From: Minisyncoccota bacterium
Lineage (GTDB): Bacteria; Patescibacteriota; Minisyncoccia; Minisyncoccales; GWA2-38-27
NCBI GenBank assembly: GCA_028717605.1
Contig: JAQUNM010000001.1
Span: forward strand, 1-29,377
Length of the DNA: 29,377 bases
Reading direction: 5' to 3'
Part shown: positions 24,944 through 29,377 of the stretch, piece after piece
Numbering within the stretch: the first letter of the stretch is position 1
Layout of the letters: the number at the start of each line of letters is the position of its first letter
Notes under the pieces: model-generated
The model's database searches: none
What the model was told of the DNA's origin: nothing
What the model saw: only the letters and a program-made list of their open reading frames with translations
Position numbers and translations under genes: made by a program

Positions 24944-25642
24944 ATGCTTTTAGAAAGAGAAAAAGATATTTTAAATATAATTATAAAAGAATATGTAAAA
25001 AGAGCTAAACCCATTAGCTCAGATTATCTTAAAAAAAGATATAAACTTGATGTATGTCCAGCAACTATTAGAAATGATATGCATCGCTTATCAGAAAAAG
25101 GGTATTTATCTCAATTCTATATTTCGGGTGGTAGGGTTCCTACTAGTAAGGCTTATAAAATGTTTGCTGAAGAAGTATTAGAAAATTTATCAGAAAAATC
25201 AGATTTTTTAAGTTTAGTTGAACAAATCCATGGGTCTTCAGAAAACGATTTTGAATTTATTTCTTTAATAACTAAAAGTTTGGCCGATTATTCATGTTCT
25301 TTTGCTTTCACGTATTATCAGAACCATTCATATAAAGAAGGGTGGAAACAAATAATTCAAAATCCAGAATTTTCTAAAATAAAAGCTTTAAAAAATTTTC
25401 TAAGGATATTGGACGAACTAGAAGAAAACATAGAAGAATTAATAGAAAATGATTTTAAAATAAAAGTATATATTGGCAAAGAAAAAGATATTAATTTAAA
25501 AGATTTTAGTTTAATTGTTGGTCAAACTGTTTTTCCAGAAAATCAAAAGGGTATTTTAGCTTTAATAGGCCCAGATAGAACAGATTATACTAAAAATATA
25601 GAGATAATGAATTCATTAATTAAAGCATTAGAAAAAACTTAA
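24944..25642 (+). CDS. hrcA: Heat-inducible transcription repressor HrcA (short form)
   Basis: wHTH PATIRNDM, SGGRVPT, C-terminal IGPDRTDY; heads grpE-dnaK-dnaJ with a CIRCE upstream. Confidence 0.9.
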   Translation: MLLEREKDILNIIIKEYVKRAKPISSDYLKKRYKLDVCPATIRNDMHRLSEKGYLSQFYISGGRVPTSKAYKMFAEEVLENLSEKSDFLSLVEQIHGSSENDFEFISLITKSLADYSCSFAFTYYQNHSYKEGWKQIIQNPEFSKIKALKNFLRILDELEENIEELIENDFKIKVYIGKEKDINLKDFSLIVGQTVFPENQKGILALIGPDRTDYTKNIEIMNSLIKALEKT

Positions 25643-25643
25643 T

Positions 25644-26084
25644 ATGGAGGAATTAAAAAAATGCGAAAAAGAAAAACAAGAATACTTAGAAGCTTGGAAA
25701 AGAGCTAAAGCTGATTTAATAAATTATAAAAAAGAAGAGGTAGAAAGAATAGCCAGTATATCAAACTATATTCAGGAAAACTTTATATTAGAAATACTTC
25801 TAGTTTTAGATAACATGGAAATAGCTGAAAAAACAGTTCCTCCTAATAACGATTGGTTTCAAGGTCTTTTAAATATAAAAAAACAAATAAATTCTCTTTT
25901 AGAGAAAAGGGGCGTAAAACAAATTAATACAAAAGATCAGGTCTTTGATCCTAATTTCCACGAAGCAATAGATATTCAAGATATTCCTGATAAAAAATCA
26001 GGTTTAATCTTAGAAGAAGCACAAAAGGGCTATCTTTTTGGAGACAAGGTAATCAGACCTGCAAAAGTAAAAGTAAATAAATAA
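25644..26084 (+). CDS. grpE: Nucleotide exchange factor GrpE
   Basis: RAKADLINYKK, LLVLDN, FDPNFHEA, QKGY...IRPAKVKV. Confidence 0.95.
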   Translation: MEELKKCEKEKQEYLEAWKRAKADLINYKKEEVERIASISNYIQENFILEILLVLDNMEIAEKTVPPNNDWFQGLLNIKKQINSLLEKRGVKQINTKDQVFDPNFHEAIDIQDIPDKKSGLILEEAQKGYLFGDKVIRPAKVKVNK

Positions 26085-26091
26085 AAAATAT

Positions 26092-27987
26092 ATGTCAAAA
26101 ATATTAGGTATAGACTTAGGTACAACTTTTTCAGCCATGGCTGTCGTTAAAGACGGCGAACCAAAAATAATTGAAAGCAAAGAAGGAGGGAGAACAATTC
26201 CTTCTGTGGTTACTTTAAGCAAAACTAATGAACGTTTAGTTGGTATTTTAGCTAGAAGGCAACAAATTACTAATCCAGAAAATACTATTTATTCCGTTAA
26301 GAGATTAATTGGTAGAAATTTCTCAGACCCAATTGTTCAAAAAGATAAAAAAAACTTATCTTATCAAATAAGAGAAGCCTCGGACAAGGGTGTTGAGGTT
26401 AAATTAGGAGAAAAATGGCATAAGCCAGCTGAAATTTCTGCTATGGTATTGCAAAAAATTAAAAAAGACGCTGAAGAATACTTAGGAGAAAAAATAACTG
26501 ATGCTATTATAACTTGTCCTGCTTATTTTGATGATTCTCAAAGAAAAGCAACTAAAACAGCAGGAGAAATTGCTGGTTTTAATGTAAGAAGAGTTATCAA
26601 TGAGCCAACAGCAGCTGCTTTGGCTTATGGTTTAACCAGAAATAAAGATCAACAAGTAGTTGTTTATGATTTTGGAGGCGGAACTTTTGATATTTCTGTT
26701 TTAGATATTGGAGATAATGCTATTGAAGTAAAAGCAACTGCTGGTGATACTCATTTAGGAGGAGATGATTTTGATCAAAAAATTATAGACTGGGTCGTTG
26801 ATAAATTTAAAAAGGATGAAGGAATTGATTTAACCAAGGATCCTTTAGCTTTACAAAGATTAAAAGAAGCAGCTGAAAAAACAAAAATAGAATTATCATC
26901 TGCTTTAGAATCAGAAATTAACCTTCCTTTTATTACTTCTGATTCTGCAGGACCAAAACATTTATACTATAAACTAACTCGTTCTCAATTTGAAAATTTA
27001 GTTCAAGAATATATTGATAGATCTATTGAATTAGTTAGAAAAACAATCAAAGACGCAAAAATGAGAATAGAAGAAATTGAAGACGTGGTTTTGGTCGGTG
27101 GTCAAACAAGAATGCCAAAAATACAAGAAGAAGTTAAAAAATTATTAAACAAAGAACCTCATAAAGGAATTAACCCTGATGAAGTGGTAGCCATAGGCGC
27201 TGCTATTCAAGGAGAAATACTTTCTGCTAAAGACGAGGGAAGAAAGACAGAAGGAGAGGTAAAAGATGTTCTTTTATTAGACGTAACGCCTCTATCTTTG
27301 GGAATTGAAACATATGGTTCAGTTAATACTGTTTTAATTTCTAAAAACACAACTGTGCCCACTTCAAAAAGTCAAATTTTTTCTACTGCTGCCGACAATC
27401 AAACATCAGTAGAGGTCCATGTTTTACAAGGAGAAAGACCAATGGCTCCAGACAATAAATCTTTAGGTAGGTTTATTTTAGATGGTATTCCTCCTGCACC
27501 CAGAGGAGTTCCTCAAGTTGAGGTTACTTTTGACATTGACGCTAATGGAATACTAAATGTTTCAGCTAAAGATAAAGCAACTAATAAAACTCAATCTATA
27601 AGGATAGAGGGTTCATGTGGTATTTCTAAAGAAGAAGTAGAAAGGATGAAAAAAGAAGCAGAACAATATGCTCAAGAAGATAAAAAGAAACAAGAATTAA
27701 TTGAAATCAAGAATAAAGCCGAAGGAATGATTTATTCTTCAGAAAAAACAATAAAAGATTTAGGGGAAAAAATTCCAGAAGAATCTAAGAAACAAATTCA
27801 AGAAAAAGTAGAAGAAGTTAAAAAAGTTTTAGGCACAGATAATGTTCAAGAATTAAAACAAAAAACAGAAGATCTAGAAAAAGTTATTCAAGAAATAGGT
27901 GCTAAAGCTTACCAAGAACAGCAGGCAAACGAAAAAAAAGAAAAACCTAACAATAATCCAGAAGAAGGAGATTATAAAGAAAAATAA
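26092..27987 (+). CDS. dnaK: Chaperone DnaK (Hsp70)
   Basis: [54 protein letters not shown]. Confidence 0.99.
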   Translation: MSKILGIDLGTTFSAMAVVKDGEPKIIESKEGGRTIPSVVTLSKTNERLVGILARRQQITNPENTIYSVKRLIGRNFSDPIVQKDKKNLSYQIREASDKGVEVKLGEKWHKPAEISAMVLQKIKKDAEEYLGEKITDAIITCPAYFDDSQRKATKTAGEIAGFNVRRVINEPTAAALAYGLTRNKDQQVVVYDFGGGTFDISVLDIGDNAIEVKATAGDTHLGGDDFDQKIIDWVVDKFKKDEGIDLTKDPLALQRLKEAAEKTKIELSSALESEINLPFITSDSAGPKHLYYKLTRSQFENLVQEYIDRSIELVRKTIKDAKMRIEEIEDVVLVGGQTRMPKIQEEVKKLLNKEPHKGINPDEVVAIGAAIQGEILSAKDEGRKTEGEVKDVLLLDVTPLSLGIETYGSVNTVLISKNTTVPTSKSQIFSTAADNQTSVEVHVLQGERPMAPDNKSLGRFILDGIPPAPRGVPQVEVTFDIDANGILNVSAKDKATNKTQSIRIEGSCGISKEEVERMKKEAEQYAQEDKKKQELIEIKNKAEGMIYSSEKTIKDLGEKIPEESKKQIQEKVEEVKKVLGTDNVQELKQKTEDLEKVIQEIGAKAYQEQQANEKKEKPNNNPEEGDYKEK

Positions 27988-27989
27988 TC

Positions 27990-29051
27990 ATGAAGGATTA
28001 TTACAAAATATTAGGAATTGATAAAAATGCTTCTTCAGAAGAAATAAAAAAAGCATATAGAAAATTAGCTCATCAATATCATCCTGACAAAAGAACAGGT
28101 GATGAAAATAAATTTAAAGAAATAAACGAAGCATATCAAATCCTTTCAGATAAAGAAAAAAGATCCCAATATGATCAATTCGGATCTACTTTTGATCAAC
28201 CACAGTCAGGTTTCTCTGGCTTTGAAGGCTTTGGACAACAAGGATTTGATTTTGGTGAAGATTTAGGAGATATTTTTGAACAATTTTTTAGCTTTGGTAG
28301 AAAAAGACCCAAAGACACAAGAAAAGGATCAGATATCCAAGTAGACATAGAGCTTTCTTTAGAAAATGTTTTAAAAGATCAAGAAAAAACTTTTGTTATA
28401 AATAAGTTTTCTTCATGTTCTCGGTGTAATGGTTCTGGAGCAGAACCAGGAACTTCTTCTAAAGAATGTTTTTCTTGTCGAGGAACTGGTCGGGTTCAAC
28501 AAATAAAAAGAACATTTTTAGGTACTTTTTCTCAGTGGACCATTTGTCCAGAATGTAATGGTGAGGGTAAAAAACCAGAAAAACCATGCAATGTTTGTAA
28601 GGGTGAAGGAAGAACAAAAAAAGAAGAAAAAATTAATATTTTTATTCCAGCTGGAGTAGACACCGGTCAAACAATAAAAGTAAATGGACAAGGAGAAGCA
28701 GGAAAAAGAGGGGCTAAACCAGGTGATTTATATTGCCGTATATTTATTAAAAAACATAATATTTTTCAAAGAAAGGGAGATGACTTACTAACTACTGTTT
28801 CTGTTTCTTTTCCCCAAGTAGCATTAGGAGAAGAAATAGAGATTACAACCTTAGAAGGGAAAATACTATTATTGAAAATTCCTGCTGGGACAGAATCAGG
28901 TAAAATTTTTAGAATTTCTGGGAAAGGAATTCCTCACTTTTCAAGAGCAGGAAGAGGGGATTTATATATAAAAATTAATGTCAAAATACCTAAAAAATTA
29001 ACTAAAAAACAAAAACAACTATTAGAAGAGTTGAAAAAAGAAGAGTTATAG
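27990..29051 (+). CDS. dnaJ: Chaperone DnaJ (class A)
   Basis: J domain with HPD, G/F-rich region, four CxxCxGxG repeats. Confidence 0.98.
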   Translation: MKDYYKILGIDKNASSEEIKKAYRKLAHQYHPDKRTGDENKFKEINEAYQILSDKEKRSQYDQFGSTFDQPQSGFSGFEGFGQQGFDFGEDLGDIFEQFFSFGRKRPKDTRKGSDIQVDIELSLENVLKDQEKTFVINKFSSCSRCNGSGAEPGTSSKECFSCRGTGRVQQIKRTFLGTFSQWTICPECNGEGKKPEKPCNVCKGEGRTKKEEKINIFIPAGVDTGQTIKVNGQGEAGKRGAKPGDLYCRIFIKKHNIFQRKGDDLLTTVSVSFPQVALGEEIEITTLEGKILLLKIPAGTESGKIFRISGKGIPHFSRAGRGDLYIKINVKIPKKLTKKQKQLLEELKKEEL

Positions 29052-29059
29052 TATATAAT
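29031..29059 (+). promoter_or_regulatory. Probable tRNA promoter overlapping the dnaJ 3' end
   Basis: TTGAAA (29031-29036), 17 nt, TATAAT (29054-29059), 9 nt before tRNA-Lys. Confidence 0.6.
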
Positions 29060-29068
29060 CAAATATCT

Positions 29069-29141
29069 GCCCTCGTAGCTCAATTGGTAGAGCTGCTCCC
29101 TTTTAAGGAGAAGGTCGCAGGTTCGAGTCCTGCCGAGGGCA
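29069..29141 (+). tRNA. tRNA-Lys(UUU), CCA not encoded
   Basis: GCCCTCG/CGAGGGC acceptor stem, GCTC/GAGC D stem, loop CT-TTT-AA, GCAGG-TTCGAGT-CCTGC T arm. Confidence 0.95.
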
Positions 29142-29147
29142 TAAATA

Positions 29148-29169
29148 CCAGAATTATTCTGGCTTTTTT
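29148..29169 (+). terminator. Intrinsic terminator after tRNA-Lys
   Basis: CCAGAA-TTA-TTCTGG hairpin followed by CTTTTTT. Confidence 0.6.
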
Positions 29170-29189
29170 ATTTAAATTCTGTTATTATT

Positions 29190-29375
29190 TCACAAGGGCC
29201 TGTGGTATAGTGGTAACACACATCCATGGCATGGATGAGTCCGGGGTTCGACTCCCCGCAGGTCCACCAAATGGGATTTTTGGGGAATTTCAGCCCCGGC
29301 AAACTCCTGATTCAGCTTCAAAATGGCACCTAATCGAGGAGTTCCATAAGTCGAATTATTTTTGTAGAAAATTCC
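29190..29375 (-). CDS. 5'-truncated reading frame; possible C-terminus of a large serine recombinase/integrase, antisense across tRNA-Ala
   Basis: Frame open from the right edge: GIFYKNNSTYGTPRLGAILKLNQEFAGAEIPQKSHLVDLRGVEPRTHPCHGCVLPLYHRPL-TGA(29190). Not in the supplied track because it has no start in the window. Product call rests on recalled resemblance only. Confidence 0.5.
   Translation of the reverse strand, partial: GIFYKNNSTYGTPRLGAILKLNQEFAGAEIPQKSHLVDLRGVEPRTHPCHGCVLPLYHRPL
29196..29269 (+). tRNA. tRNA-Ala(GGC), CCA encoded
   Basis: GGGCCTG/CAGGTCC acceptor with the G3:U70 Ala identity pair, loop AT-GGC-AT (A32-U38 typical of Ala-GGC), TTCGACT T loop, A73-CCA. Confidence 0.96.
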
Positions 29376-29377
29376 CT

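Noticed and set aside
2522-26222. Short track ORFs 2522..2746, 5655..5861, 6901..7149, 14407..14604, 15841..16044, 19825..20028, 22937..23131 and 26010..26222
   Set aside because: All lie within or antisense to well-supported genes and show no motifs or expression signals.
29095-29111. G27:A43 mismatch in the tRNA-Lys anticodon stem as a sign of a pseudogene
   Set aside because: Mismatches at the top of this stem are tolerated and all other tRNA features are intact.
29270-29377. Hairpins after tRNA-Ala (29302-29343; GGGAATTT/AAATTCCC) as a new ncRNA
   Set aside because: Imperfect and cut by the window edge; the open minus-strand frame explains the region more simply. Not fully excluded.
1-29377. 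CRISPR arrays, rRNA, IS transposases, introns or inteins, alternative genetic code
   Set aside because: No spaced repeats or transposase motifs seen; conserved proteins are of normal or short length; TGA serves as stop (e.g. mraY, thpR overlaps), consistent with code 11.

Overview
Very AT-rich, gene-dense bacterial chromosome segment with stop/start overlaps and almost no Shine-Dalgarno sites. Gene content and motif variants suggest a Patescibacteria/CPR (Parcubacteria-like) genome; this is inference, not a database result. Left to right: the 3' end of a probable membrane-anchored surface protein; a self-contained minus-strand unit (perfect sigma70 promoter, two orphan ORFs with strong SDs, a 78-nt CCA-ended cloverleaf, terminators); a divergent operon (stand-alone NrdD Zn-ribbon/glycyl-radical domain, SDR, rubrerythrin, zincin); efp-fmt with two hypotheticals; a VirD4/TraD-like ATPase; thpR; a cell-wall/division cluster (murC, dacA, mraY, murD, ftsW, murG, membrane-anchored murF-like, DegT-type aminotransferase, FemAB-type transferase, ftsQ) interleaved with aspS, lysS and serS; CIRCE-hrcA-grpE-dnaK-dnaJ; tRNA-Lys(UUU) and tRNA-Ala(GGC); and a minus-strand reading frame entering from the right edge through tRNA-Ala that resembles a serine-recombinase C-terminus. 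Best leads: the cloverleaf RNA cassette, the recombinase-tail/tRNA overlap, the possible NrdD 'spare-part' protein, and the hydrolase-MurF-DegT-Fem module.
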